DNA of 64,000 nucleotides from Zootoca vivipara (lineage: Eukaryota). This document shows, piece by piece, positions 1-12,727 of this stretch. The translations under genes and the position numbers were made by a program. The first letter of the stretch is position 1; each line of letters starts with the position of its first letter. The DNA lies in the NCBI RefSeq assembly GCF_963506605.1, contig NC_083276.1, positions 34,286,001 through 34,350,000 of the forward strand, read 5' to 3'. Under the pieces are notes generated by a model, which saw only the letters and a program-made list of their open reading frames with translations, searched no databases and was not told the origin of the DNA.

Positions 1-100
1 AATGACTTCTTGGAAATACATACTGTATTTGTAGAGATACAGCCAATGTTTATCTTCATTTCAAGGCAATGAAGGCAGTGTACATATAAATTTTGTTCTG

Positions 101-168
101 CCCTGGAGAGCTGCCAGTCAGTGTAGACAATATTAAGTTATGCAGACTAATGCTCAGCCTGTGTTCCC
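101..168 (+). mobile_element. Squam3 SINE 3' fragment (degenerate)
   Basis: ccctggagagctgccagtcagtgtagacaatatt matches the 3' part of the copy at 1504-1690. Confidence 0.65.
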
Positions 169-1503
169 AAGACTTACTTATTCACCTGTGGAATTCATGT
201 TCTGTTTAGCACTTGTCTAATGCTTCATATGTCATTCTTTCTGCTCAAGTGTTTCTTTGACTAATGTTGTAAATAAAAACAAAGGCATAGCACTCTCACT
301 GCACTGATCAAACCTTCCCAAAGATTACTCAGTCAGCAACCTGAACTTTAAGCAAGATGAAGTAGATTAGCACTGGTGTTTTCTTTTAGACTATTTCCTG
401 GTCAAAAGAATGTGGAATAACATCTGGCTTCAGAACCTATTGAATAAAGTACTTTATCTATTCCAGCTGTGTTGATGAGTTGGATTCTTGAGCTCAGAGC
501 ACCAGGTGACATGGGGATGGATTTGGCCATTTGCCGTAATTGCCCCTGGATTGCTGGGAGGACTACAGAAGCGAAGTTGAGCTGAAGAGTACTTTGGGGC
601 CAATATGGTATTGTTACAACACACTCCACTAAAATGCAAACACGCCAATTAAAATGACAGCAAGCTTCAACTCCCCCCCCCACTCTGTGTCCCTTTTCCC
701 TTGTGTGTAGTGGGGTGGGTTTTTTTTTAAGAGTGTAAGCCTGTAGACAGGGACTGTCTTGTTTTAATTGATTGTATGTAAGCCTCTCTAGGAGCCTGAA
801 GAGTGAGGTACAAATTCTACAAATAAATAAATAAAGGGATTCAGAGCTGTAGAACCAACTGAGAACCTAATGGGCTAGAAGGCAGACTGAGAAGGGGTCG
901 TGACTATTCAAAAATGTCCAAAACTTTCCAAAAATGCAGGCAGCTATGTTGATCTATTGCCGCACAGGAACACAAACACACACACACCAAAGAAAAGCAG
1001 TACATAGCACAACAACAACCAATTTATTAGGATCAACTTTTCTATGTATAGTTTCCAGGGAGTAAGTTCCACTGAACTTAGTGATGCTTGCTTATGACTG
1101 CAGCATGTAAAACCCATTGAGCTTTAATCAAAGGTCTTCAGTCACCTGAAATGCAGTCTTTAGATTTTAATTATAAAATGCAAACAATTGTGCAAAGAAG
1201 TGTCTCCATTTAAACCGACAGTGTGAAGGAACGCCCCCCCCCCAAAGACTCAACCTCTACTTGATTGCTATTCTCATTCTCTGACTTTATCTATGCTAAT
1301 CTGTCACAAGCAAACTTGAAAACATCATTAGCACCTGATTCACTTGCCATGGCATGGAAGGTCCCCCCCCCCCAGTTACCCTGATGCTCCGACAGGTGAC
1401 CTCAATGTCCAGAAGTTGGGCTCCTTTGCATTCCCTGTCCACTTCACCACTGCCTACAAAGTAACAGTTTGTTACATGCAAAGCTTGTGGAACACAGGTC
1501 GAA

Positions 1504-1690
1504 GTTGCTGCAGTTTAGTGGTAGAGCACAAACCTTGTGTGCAAAAGGTCCCAGGTTCAATCCCTAGTACATCCAGGTAAATATGGAGAAGACTTCTACC
1601 TGTAGTGTAAACCCTAGAAAACAGCTGCTAGTCAGTGAAGGATACTGAGCTAGATGGATAAATGATCTGACTTGGTATCCCACTGTTTCT
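1504..1690 (+). mobile_element. Squam3-type tRNA-derived SINE, diverged full-length copy
   Basis: A box (agtggtagagc) and B box (ggttcaatccc) head, then body ...ctgctagtcagtg...actgagctagatgga...tctgacttggtat. Confidence 0.8.
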
Positions 1691-1884
1691 AAGGCCACAA
1701 CTTATGCCATCAGCTGCAATGCACACAGGGAGTGCGGCCTTCTCTTCTATAATAAGGAAACGCCTGTGCACATAGGATTGGCAGCAATGCCCAAGGCTCC
1801 AATCCTAACTACAGTTGTTCAGAGATGGTAATATAAAGTGGAAGTAACGGCAGTTAGGAACGGGGCCCATACAGGTTAAAAGGC

Positions 1885-2395
1885 ACCAGTCCTCACAGTT
1901 CCCTTTCAGTTTCTGATCCCAATTCAAAGTGCTGGTTTTCTTCTCTAAAGCTCTAAATGGTTTAGGATCCCTGTACCTAAAGGGACAGGACCCAGGTGGC
2001 GCTGTGGGTTAAACCACTGAGCCTAGGGCTTGCTGATCAGAAGGTCGGCGGTTCGAATCCCTGTGACGGGGTGAGCTCCTGTTGCTCGGTCCCAGCTCCT
2101 GCCAACCTAGCAGTTCGAAAGCACGTCAAAGTGCAAGTAGATAAATAGGAACCGCTACAGCGGGAAGGTAAACGGTGTTTCCGTGCGCTGCTCTGGTTTG
2201 CCAGAAGCGGCTTTGTCATGCTGGCCACATGACCTGGAAGCTATATGCCGGCTCCCTCGGCCAATAATGCGAGATGAGCGCGCAACCCCAGAGTCGGTCA
2301 CAACTGGACCTAATGGTCAGGGGTCCCTTTACCTTACCTAAAGGGACACCTCCACCATATGAACCTTTCTGCACTCTTTGGTCTTCAGAGAGGTG
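1885..2395 (+). mobile_element. Old L2-clade LINE 3' ORF fragment, split by a Sauria SINE
   Basis: caattcaaagtgctgg...aaagctctaaatggtttaggatccctgtacctaaagggacacctc is homologous to the QFKVLVLTFKALNGLGPVYLKE segment of the younger copies in this window. Confidence 0.7.
1988..2334 (+). mobile_element. Sauria (Squam1) SINE, full length, 14-bp TSD
   Basis: ggacccaggtggcgctg head, B box ggttcgaatcc, tail cctttacctt; TSD tacctaaagggaca at 1974-1987 and 2335-2348. Confidence 0.95.
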
Positions 2396-2410
2396 GAGGA
2401 GCTGCTATGT

Positions 2411-2640
2411 GAACACAGGAAGAGCCAGAATCAGCCCACTGGATCTGCCCACAGCCCATCTAGTTCAGCATCCCATTCTCACAGTGCCCAACCACATGCC
2501 AGTGGGACACCTGCAAGCAGGATCTGAGCATAACAGCACTCTCACCTCCAGTGGTTTCCAGCAGCTAGTAGTCAGAGGCATTACTGCCTCCAACTGTGGA
2601 GGCAGAGCATAGCAACCAACAATCTTTTCCTCCATGGATT
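2411..2640 (-). mobile_element. CR1 LINE 3' end
   Basis: gaagagcc...ctggatc...cccatctagttcagcatcc.ttctcacagtg.ccaacc...tggaggcagagcatagc is the typical squamate CR1 3' end in reverse. Confidence 0.8.
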
Positions 2641-3219
2641 TTAATTATATGCCACATTTCTAGAGAAAGGGAAATCCACAGCTTTGGACTGTGTGCATGT
2701 CCTCCTTTCATCTAAGGTGTGACTGAGGGTCAGAGAGGACAGGTCCCTCTTGGCAGTCATGTTATGGAATATCTGTTTCTTCGAGACATTCTCCTAGCTA
2801 CCTCCTGATATTCCTTCAGGCACCAATTGAAACCTGTATGTACATGTGTGTGGGCGCGCAGGTATGCTTTTCAATAATGTATCCAAAGTTTACATGTGTG
2901 GCTTTGATGGTTGCTGCCTGTTTTAAATCATTTGCTGCTGCTGTTGCTGCTGCTCACTACTCTTGTGTTTTGTCTTTTGTTCACTGCACTGGGGTTGCCT
3001 GCTTGTTTTTCAGCGGTTTAACTGATGTTGTTAGCCTGCCTTGTGGCCTCCACTGTGGAGCTGAAAAGTGGGGTAGAAATAAGCCAATTAAGTAATAAAT
3101 AAATAAATAAATAAATTAAATAAATAGATGATGTGGGGAACTCGGAAGAAAGAGTGACTCCTGCTGTAGAAGTATGCTATAGAAATAATCAAACCAAATA
3201 ATATGAGGGTTCCAACATA

Positions 3220-3540
3220 CAGTGGAACCTCGGTTTATGAACACCTCGGTTTATGAATTTTCGGTTTACGAATGCTGCGGACCCATCTGGAACGGATTAA
3301 TTCACTTTCCATTATTTTCAATGGGAAAGTTTGCTTCAGTTTATGAACAGACTTCCGGAACCAATTACACCCATGCTTCGGGTTAAGTACGCTTCAGGTT
3401 GAGTACTCCGCGGACCCGTCTGGAACGGATTAATCCACTTTCCATTACTTTCAATGGGAAAGTTTGCTTCAGTTTATGAACGCTTCAGTTTATGAACAGA
3501 CCTCCGGAACCAATTGTGTTCATAAACCGAGGTACCACTG
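3220..3540. mobile_element. Tc1/mariner-pogo (Tigger-like) MITE with internal duplication
   Basis: TIRs cagtggaacctcggtttatgaac / gttcataaaccgaggtaccactg; TA TSD at 3218-3219 and 3541-3542; ~70-bp internal direct repeat (~3277-3347 and ~3409-3481). Confidence 0.9.
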
Positions 3541-4360
3541 TACTTTTAATTTAGTGCAGCATCATTCATTGTCAAGGAATGATGTAACTAATTAAGGGGG
3601 TAAGACTACAGATAGATCATGTGTGCATATGAATACACACATGCACATTCCATGGCTGGAACAGACTCATGTCTACAGATTCCAGAAAACTCCATAAATG
3701 AGTACAAAGAAAGGAAAATCAGAAGCTCCCTTAGCGAGCCAGGTAATTTCTCATCTGTGGAATACAAATTAAATTTCTTTCTCAAAGAAGTGTCTCACAA
3801 ATCACCGATGTTTATTGGTTTGATAGTTTTGGCTATCTGGCATCGTTCGCAACATACTTTGCGACTTCTGATTTATGCCTGTCAGAAAGCCAATTCACTG
3901 CATTTGTATTTTAGATATCGTCATTATTATTAACATGTTGTCAGTAGCTGAAAACTTTCCAAAATTAAGTATCTTCTGGAATAAAACTTTCTATTGCTGT
4001 TGTCAATATGCAGCTAGTAAATAGCTCTTGCATTCTACAAATGCATCTTCTTAGCTGCCGGAAGTGCCTCATCCTGAAACAGCTGGAGAGAGTAAGTCTG
4101 ACACAGGGGACTGATGCTGCCATTTGCATCTGAGAAGACCTGACCAAGATAAATGTTGGAACAGCTACCTTCCATCTTCTCTGGGTCCATGTACATCACT
4201 ATGCCCTCAGGGAAGGCAGAAGACAAAAAGCCTAAGTCAGGGAGTTCATGTCCTCAGCTCCTGAGAAAACAGTGTTTCTAAATTTTTGGTAACATTTCTT
4301 CTTTTGAGTATATTTTGTAAAATGCCTTGGGGATCTTGGCAACATGGTAGCATACGCTTG

Positions 4361-4392
<32 letters not shown>
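4361..4392. repeat. (CAAT)n microsatellite
   Basis: direct reading. Confidence 0.95.
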
Positions 4393-4393
<1 letters not shown>

Positions 4394-5084
4394 GCTAGCT
4401 CCCATAGTATTATGTCCTGCATGAAGCTTGACTTCTTCTGGTTTGGATGATTGGCTTGTATTAAAATTTCAGCTTCACATCCCTCCTTCAGAATTTTCTA
4501 GTAATTAGACTTGGGCCATGCTTATATACAGCCCCAATATTCTGAATGATCTGAAAATATGCACATTTATGTCTCATATTTTTCTCATATTTAAGGTGTC
4601 TTGGACTGGGTGTTTGTGTGTATGTGTCTGAAATTTCATATCTGTGGTGTAGAACTACCTTCTATACATTTTAATCCCCGTTCTCTTTTCAAGGTACACA
4701 CAGTATGTCTCCCCTTTTAGCTTTCCTCCTAATCTCTACATCTCTCTCTCACTCTAGAAGTGAGGCCTGGAAAATCCAATCAGAAATTGGCTAGCTTTAT
4801 TTGGTATGAGGTGTAGCTCCCAAACCTTCATCAAGGAAAATTCACCTCAACCAATCAATCTTTCTAAGTTCACAGAAAGCAGGCTAACACAGTAGTAGTC
4901 TAGACCCAGGTGGCCTCAAAGGCAGACTTCACGTGTTTCCAGGCCTCAGTGTGAAAGAATACATCATGTCTTAGAATTTTCCATTCTGCTACAGACCCAC
5001 TGGCTGGTTGCTTCTGGCCCCAGTTCAAAGTCCTGATGCTGACTTTGAAAAATTGGAATACTCTAAAGCCTGCATGCCTTTGGG

Positions 5085-5203
5085 CAGCTTTCCCTAACCT
5101 GATGCCCTCTGATGCTTTGGGCTGCCATCATGCCTGACCATTGGTAATGCTACCTGGGGCTGATGGGAACTGTAGTCCAAAACATCCAGGTTGGAGAAGG
5201 CTG
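5085..5203. mobile_element. hAT hairpin MITE (older) inserted in an old L2 fragment (~4990-5500)
   Basis: TIRs cagctttccctaacctg / caggttggagaaggctg; TSD cctttggg / ccttaggg; flank cagttcaaagtcctgatgctgactttgaaaa is L2-like. Confidence 0.75.
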
Positions 5204-7033
5204 CCTTAGGGGGGTCCATCCTCCCACATTTCCTATTCCCTTCCATTTATGATGATGTTCTGCTTTGTATTTATCAAATGTTAGACTGTAAGGGAGTATG
5301 GCCAGGCTTTCTAAGTGACTTCCTTTGCAGATTCACCTGACCTTCACATTGAGCGTTTTTGGACTGCCAGGTGAAGTCCTGGCATTTCCAAAGGCTTTGT
5401 TTGCTTACTAACTTGCAGCCAGCTGATCGCGGCTATTCTAACTTGCAGATTTTTATGTTGTTGCTCTGTCTGTGTTTTATTGATTGTTTTAACGATGATT
5501 GAAGTTTTATTGATGCTCCTTCAGGAATTACAGGCAAAGTGTGGTTTTGGGTGACATCCAAGGGTTCCTGTCTACCAGCAGAATGGACTTCTGCTCATGC
5601 TGTGGGAATTGTTTTTCCTCTTGTTCCCCCATCCAGCCCTCATCAGGAGGGCTGAGGGACCCTCAAAACCAAAGGGGATTCGGGGGAAGGTACAATGTGT
5701 ACAGAAGTCAGTTCACATGACATTGAATGTAGCCCATTGTTTGTTCACTGCACCACATGCTATTTCCCCCAAAAAATTTAAGAATTCAGCCTATAGGTGC
5801 TGAAACAAAACAAAAAAACACCTTTAAGATATTGAAGGGAGGGAGAAGATACCTACACTCACCAGAATTCCAGATATTTTCATAATACCTAAATTTGAAT
5901 GCAGCATATCATTCTCTATATTTATTATATGGGAGCTCTTAACCTGATTTTTCTTTTTTGCATCCGAGGACTGTCCAAGCATACTTGCTTTGATACACTT
6001 TTGTGGCTTGTTATTTTCCAGCTTCCCCTATAGATGCCAAATCTTTATTTCACTCACCTCTATGAGCTCCACTGAAAGTACACAACTGCCCTTAAGAAAA
6101 ATGTCCCATTTTTATCATTTTACAGTATGTTTCCCCCCCTTTCTCTCTCTCCATCAGCTATTTTTAAATGTAACTCTTGTGTTCAACTACTGCAAACATT
6201 TTCAGCATGCACAAATCCAGGAAGATATGAGCTTCAAACAGATATTTCTGATTTCTATATGCAGTCATCTATCACAGAGCGGCTGTACATAAGACTTCCC
6301 TCACCCCCTCCAACAGTTCATGTTCTACTGATATTGCAATTCCAGAGAGGCTTTGAAAACCTCAAGTAGGTATTGATTGGTTTAAATTTCAAAATAAAAA
6401 TAAATCCTATATTCTTCAGAGACCACTGTAAGATTCAAAAAGTCAAGAACATTTGCGCTGCCAAAAAAAGATGTGAGTAAATCTACTGAAGATTATTTTC
6501 ATTATTATTATTTTTTTTAAAAGAGCAAAGATGTTTTAGATCACTCATCAGTCCTATGTATTGGTTGGTTAATAAAAATATTTAGGCAATCAGCATAGTA
6601 ACAAATGAAATTGTTTGCTCGATGTTGTTCTTTGATAGAGAGAAACATGAAGACTGGATTTTGAGGAGAGCAGCCCATAAGGAGGGAGCCACCGCAGAAA
6701 AGGCCGCCTTCTGAACTTCTCACAAAGGAGGCACGCAAAGAAGGGCCTCAGATGATGATTGCAGGGTCTGGGTCAGTCCATATGGGGAGATGCAGTCCTT
6801 GAGGTATTGTGATCAAGCTATTTAAGGCTTTATAGGTTAAAACCAGCACTTTGAACTGAGTCCAGAAACTCATTGCAGCCAGTGCATTTGGGTCAGGGTT
6901 GGTGTTATATGCTCAAACCGTCTTGCCCTGGTGAGCAACCTGGACACTGAATTCTGCACCAGCTGAAGTTTCTGAACTGCCTCCAAAGGCAGCCCTATAT
7001 ATACGTAACATACCGAAGTGGTAGAACCTAGAG

Positions 7034-7151
7034 CAGGCATGTCCAACTCCCAAGAGACTGTGATTTACTCCCATTATATATATTTAAAAAAACTGGCAGT
7101 GATCTGCCCATTGGATTGACCAAAGTTGTTGAGCTTTTTGGGGGGAGCCTG
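7034..7151. mobile_element. hAT non-autonomous element (internally deleted), 8-bp TSD
   Basis: caggcatgtccaac...gcctg; TSD acctagag at 7026-7033 and 7152-7159; related to 30065-30318. Confidence 0.85.
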
Positions 7152-7249
7152 ACCTAGAGGTTACCAGAGCATAGACTGCAGAAGTTAGGCTATCCCTGTC
7201 CAGATAGGGATACCAGCTGAAGCTGATGGAAGGTACTCTGCACTACTGA

Positions 7250-7715
7250 AAATTCCGGGATCAGCAGCGGCACGGCACCGGAAGTCGCTTCTACGCAGGC
7301 CTGGCTTTAGGTGTAGTCCTGGTGGCGGGGGGCCGGCAGGGGGGCGCTGCGCGACGAAGCCGCACGGAAGCCATGCTGCGCGCTGCAAGGGCGGGGGCGC
7401 CGGAGCGATCTCCACACCTCAGCGCCAGGGCGCCTGACCTGCTTGAGATGGCCCTGCTTCTACGCATGTCCGGACATGTCTGGAGATGCATAGAAGCGAC
7501 TTCCGGTGCCGCTCTGCCCGATTTCCAGTGCCCAGACATGAGCAGAGCGGCACCCGAAATCGGTTCTGTGCACGTCCAGACATGTGCAGAAGGCGCCTCC
7601 CTGGCAGGTAGGAAATCGGGGGATTTACGGGATTTTTTTCTATTCGGGATAACAGCGGGAAACGGATTAAAATCCAGGGGTTTCCCGCAAAAAACGGGAG
7701 GCTTGGCAGCTATGC
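7250..7715. mobile_element. GC/CpG-rich non-autonomous DNA transposon (one end lost), unclassified
   Basis: terminus ...aaaacgggaggcttggcagctatg; internal inverted repeat caccggaagtcgcttctacgca / tgcatagaagcgacttccggtg; interrupts L2. Confidence 0.7.
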
Positions 7716-9124
7716 TGAGGCCACCTGAGCCTCAGGTGACAGTATTCACTTCCTGAAGCATTGATCAGAAATAGATGTGGGGAAAACTCACAGCACACCT
7801 TCAGATGAGCTACAAGAAGTGCTGCCTGTCAGTAGGCTAGTGACTTGTCCAATCAAGGGGCAGCATTTTTTTTTGCAACACCCAAAGGAAACTCCCACAG
7901 GGAGTGGGTGCTCAGGTTTCCCCCACAGTGGGAACTTGTGGTGTCCTGCATACTGTTGGCTGTTACCACTCCCACCCATGTCAGGTGGGGGCAAAGCTTT
8001 TTGTAACATCCAGCCCCATTTTAGAAAACATAACTTTCTATACATAAACTATTTGTATTGTTGAGAGGTCAGCATCCCTGCTGCTGCTGAATTCCTGGCA
8101 ATTTGCATACCATTAAAGCATTAGCCATAATGTTTGGAAAATTTAATTTTAAAGCTGTGCTGTTAAAAGATGTTTGCTGAATTGTAAGCATCTATGACAG
8201 CTGGGAAATTTGTTAACACTCTGATAGTTACACTATTTGTGCCTTAGTCTGGAAGGCAGTAAACAAAATCCCTTTTCACTTTACAACAATGAAGGAGATT
8301 TTAATGCAAGAGGAGGTGTTTAAAGACAACAACAATTTTTATCACAGCAATGCAGTGAAGGCAGCATGTCTTTTTATTTTCAATATTTCCCATCCATTAA
8401 GTTATCACTTTTATGCATTTATTTGCTTATTTTTGGCTCGGGGGTGCAGTTTCTGTGTGTTAATACATGGAAGAAGGGAAGCAAACAATTCTGATATAAT
8501 TCAAAAAACCATTTTCCTTATTGAATTGTTTTTCTTACTCTTCCTCGACCTATCATGTGTGAGTCTAGGTCACCACTGTGTTATTCCCCTTCTACAATAT
8601 CTCATCACTTCAGTATATAGTCATGTACAAAACGAGGAATCAAGAATGAAAGGCGTATAATGAGAAGAAATAGAAGCGTGCTTCTCTTATCTGTCCAGAT
8701 TACTGCCTGCCTGTGTCAACGATAAGATTCATAATGGTGGAAATGGCTCAGGGTGCTTCCAGACTGTAGGATTCACACACCAACAAATCCAGGTGTGAAA
8801 TTAAAGGTGACCTGAAGCAAACCTGCTCCCCACCCCACAAAAAATGGACTTCTTGTGATGAGCAAAGTGAGAGGGAAATGCACTGGAAAGTGTGGGATAA
8901 CACTTTCTTAATGCAATGTTGTGTAACTTCCCAGCGATGACAACAGAAAGAATGCTGAATAAACAGCCAGCTTCATCTAACCTCCACGCAAACATTGTGG
9001 AAACAAATCATGATGAATGCTCAGTAAACATGTCTGGAAGCAACAGTCCATATACTACTGTATCAGTATTACTGAGAAACTGTAGCACTATTGGGGCATT
9101 TTACTCACAGTTAAGGACAACATA

Positions 9125-9522
9125 GGGACGTGGGTGGCGCTGTGGTCTAAACCACTGAGCCTCTTGGGCTTGCCGATCAGAAAGTCGGCGGTTCGAATCC
9201 CCGCGACGGGGGGAGCTCCCGTTGCTTGGTCCCAGCTCTTGCCAACCTAGCAGTTCAAAAGCACGCAAAAAATAAAAGCACGCAAAAAATAAAATTGCAA
9301 GTAGATAAATAGGTACTGCTCCAGCGGGAAGGTAAACAGCGTTTCTGTGTGCTGCTCTGGTTTTGCCAGAAGCGGCTCACTCATGCTGGCCACATGACCC
9401 AGAAAAACAGTCTGCAGACAAACGCCGGCTCCCTCAGCCTGTAAAGCAAGATGAGCACCACAACCCCAGAGTCGTTTGCGACTAGACTTAACAGTCAGGG
9501 GTCCTTTACCTTTTTTTTTTTT
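9125..9522 (+). mobile_element. Sauria SINE, full length, 13-bp TSD
   Basis: gggacgtgggtggcgctg head; TSD ttaaggacaacat at 9111-9123 and 9523-9535; internal duplication of aaagcacgcaaaaaata. Confidence 0.95.
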
Positions 9523-10468
9523 TTAAGGACAACATGGGAATGGGAAATGGAGTAACCCCTCTCTCTGGCATTGACATCTAGCCATACAATGCAAACGCCT
9601 GAATGGAGAGAGGGAGACTTCAAGTGTATAGACTTCCGCACAATCTGGGATCCAACGAAGCCTGTCCAAGAGAAGGCTCCCTTCAGAGATCTTCACTGGT
9701 TATTGGGACAACAGGGTTGTACTTGGTAAAGACCTGCTTTCATGTTCTCTTAAATAATGACTCGAAAGCCCGAAGGCAGCTTCTGTCAAACAGCCACCCC
9801 CTGGCTAATGGAGGAACGGAAGGAACAAGGTAGGAACAACAAGAATCACTTTACATATGAATAACAACAATTTAGTTATCAAAACAGTAGCGAACAAGCA
9901 TGACTTTATACAGTTCTTTTCAAAAAATTTAGCCTCCTACGGTCCTAATAGTCTTTTTCCTGTGGTTCAGGAAAGCACAGAAACACTCTGCCCAGCGCCT
10001 GTATCCTTATTTCAAAGAGAATCATTCAAACCGACATCTACCCTGTCAAGAATCTTGACTTTGAGCTGCTAATGCAGAATAAAAATCAATATATATTTTG
10101 ATCATTTGATGAATATTTACTTCTTTCTTTAGCGCCCAGGGATTTCAAAATGAAAACTGCTGAATCAAGTCATTTTATTTTTTCTGTGTTTGTGCCAACA
10201 CCAATTTACTACCCTCCAGAAAGTTCCTGAACAAGACATCCCAAGTGGCGTACTTGTTGGTTTTTCCTGTCAGTCATAACAGGGTGCCAGCAGGGAGCCA
10301 TAATCATTTCCCTTTCATACTGTTAGTGCTCCAGAAAGCAGTAGCTTGATTTACTTCCCTAGAAAAAGTAAAGTTGTCTTATTTAGATGTACTGTAGAAT
10401 GCTAGAGTACGTATTCCTTTCAGGGTGTGCCTGAACTGATTCTCTCCATTAAAAGTTAAATGCTTGGG

Positions 10469-10508
<40 letters not shown>
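10469..10508. repeat. (TA)n(GA)n compound microsatellite
   Basis: direct reading. Confidence 0.95.
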
Positions 10509-12019
10509 CAATTTATAGTTGCGTTTCAACTTAAAGAATTCCCGGGAACACTAAGAAAACAAAAAGCTTTGAAAAGGCATTTTCTTCATGGATTTTTCTG
10601 AAAAATGACAGTCAAATTCTAGCCGACTGCTATAATAAGCCCTTAGACTTCGTAACATTACTGAGTATGAAATTGCATGCTGCTCCAAGAAAGCCTGGCA
10701 CTTAAGATGCAACTGTGAGTTTTATAAGAAATTTATGCTTATTTTTAATATAATGGATTTTTTTAATAAAAAAATGCACATCTAAAGTCTACCAAGATCC
10801 GGTGTTTCCACTGGGATCATTTTTTTAACCAACCCCCCCCCCCATTTGAAATAGAACTAGATTGCTTTAACAAGAACTGTAAATGCAAGCAATTTTGGTC
10901 TTGCAAAATAATTTTATACTGACTCAGTAGAAGGGCTTTAAATCAAACAGCATTTTTGTTGGTACCTTCTTATAAATTAAATAAAAGTGGCAGTAGATGA
11001 CTTACAGAAGGCTGATGTGTGCTAGTACAGTTATGAGATATTATGCAAACATATGTTTTAAATAAAATAAAATATTTAGATTGCTGAATACAAAGGCAAT
11101 TATGGAATGTCTTTGTTAAATTACATTTTTTCATCCCCCACCCCCTTTCTCTGTCTTTTGGGAGGGGGAAGGGGGACCTGGAGATGGGGAGGGGGATTGT
11201 CCTGGAAACAGAACCAACAGGAAATGATGCTATATCTAAAACAGCTGGAGACTGTAGCTAATATAAATTTACTTGAAAATAAAAATGCTTTATGCCTCTA
11301 GAGACAGGCTGTAACATGCAGTAAAATAAAAGATGAGAATATAAACTTATTGTTAAATCCTTACTTTATGTCTGCATATTGTTCTAAGATGGTATTCACC
11401 ACCAGAAAAAGAGTCTAGGGCTGGTTTTAAAACACACACACAAACATGAACACACCAATTAAAATACATGTAAGGAATCTGAGTGAATAAGTCCTTTGCT
11501 AACAATAAAAAAAATTCTGACAATTTTTACCTCCCTTCATATAGGCCAGTCACTTTAGTCTAGCAGTGATGGTTATGTGATCACACTTTTATTGCATTAT
11601 TCTAGATAGTCCAAATCTAATGAAAACCTTTTATTGCTTCACTTTAAGTGAATTTTGACCCACACTTTCCCACTTTTCCTAAGAGGTAAAGACAAGTAAA
11701 AAGGACTCTTTCTTTTTTAAAAAAACACACCCAATAACTAAGAATCCAAATATTTATTTTTTCTTGTGCCTAATTATGTATCTTTCATTTTTTTAATTCA
11801 GATTCATATTTCCTTATCTCAAAGCTGCTAATGGAGATTCCCTAATTATTGTTATTTAGTATCACAAAATCATTAATTCTTCAAGAAATCTGCAGCCGCC
11901 ACTCCTCATCGTCCCCTTAGCCCAGTCCCTATGCCTGCCAAACTCTCTTCTTTTACCTTTCTTCCTCCTCTGTTGCTAATCTCCCCAGCCTTCCTTTCTT
12001 CCTGACATTTACTTTCTCC

Positions 12020-12340
12020 TACGGATGGAGCTGAAATTCAATTATATTAGCATTTAAAACTGAATTTATCAAATTTGCACTTTCCAAAATGACATGTGAA
12101 TCAAAATAAAGCCATCCTTTGAAATTTGCTCTTATTCTATTTTGCAATGCAGTTATCCAACAAATGTTTACAAAATGCATATGTTGGGTGAAACTGTGCA
12201 TAAAAATGAAGATATTAGTGAAAACAACATTCAAAAATGCATTGCATATGGGGAAATTGTTTGCAAAAATGTGTATATTAGTAAAAAGTGCATATAAAAT
12301 GTGTTTATAAGGAGTAATTTGCACTAAAATGCTAATGCTC
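12020..12340. mobile_element. AT-rich hAT-like non-autonomous element fragment
   Basis: TA(G/C)GGATGG-type start; repetitive aaaatg(c/t)atat...tagt body typical of squamate hAT derivatives; far end not found. Confidence 0.5.
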
Positions 12341-12453
12341 AGCTACTCTGAACACATGATGTCATGCCCCTCATGTGTCATGAAGACTAAGATAAAGTGT
12401 ACATCCATGTCTTATGACAAATATGAGGGAACAGTTGATAACAGAGTCCTGTA

Positions 12454-12665
12454 CAGTGGTACCTCTGGTTGTGAATGGAATCCATTCCGGAGGTCCAGCA
12501 GGATGGATCCCAAGGTTTTTGCAACCTGAGGATCACTTTTAAACACATGTGCACAGTGGTAGACCGCTTCTGCGCATGCGCATGCAGCGAAACACTTCCG
12601 GGTTTGCCGCTTTCGCAACCTGAAGTTTACATTACCCGAGGGTAATGTAACCCAAGGTACTACTG
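12454..12665. mobile_element. Tc1/mariner-pogo (Tigger-like) MITE
   Basis: TIRs cagtggtacctctggttg / taacccaaggtactactg; TA TSD. Confidence 0.85.
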
Positions 12666-12727
12666 TATTGTTGAAGCAGCATTGTTTGATCAATGGTGTC
12701 TCCATTTTTTTTTTTTACACATCACAT

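Larger units (their letters stand above)
6665..7745 (-). mobile_element. Old L2 LINE fragment interrupted by two DNA-transposon insertions
   Basis: reverse-strand L2 motifs (aaggctttataggttaaaaccagcactttgaactg; aaaggcagccc; acctagaggttaccagagc; ctgaggccacctgagcctc) resume after each insert. Confidence 0.75.

Noticed and set aside
4054-4096. Possible micro-exon (cttcttag|...aga|gtaagt)
   Set aside because: Isolated splice-like signals with no partner exons or recognisable peptide.
7185-7756. GC-rich ORFs and CpG island resembling a promoter or first exon
   Set aside because: Lies wholly inside a transposon that interrupts an L2; the ORFs are low-complexity by-products of GC content.
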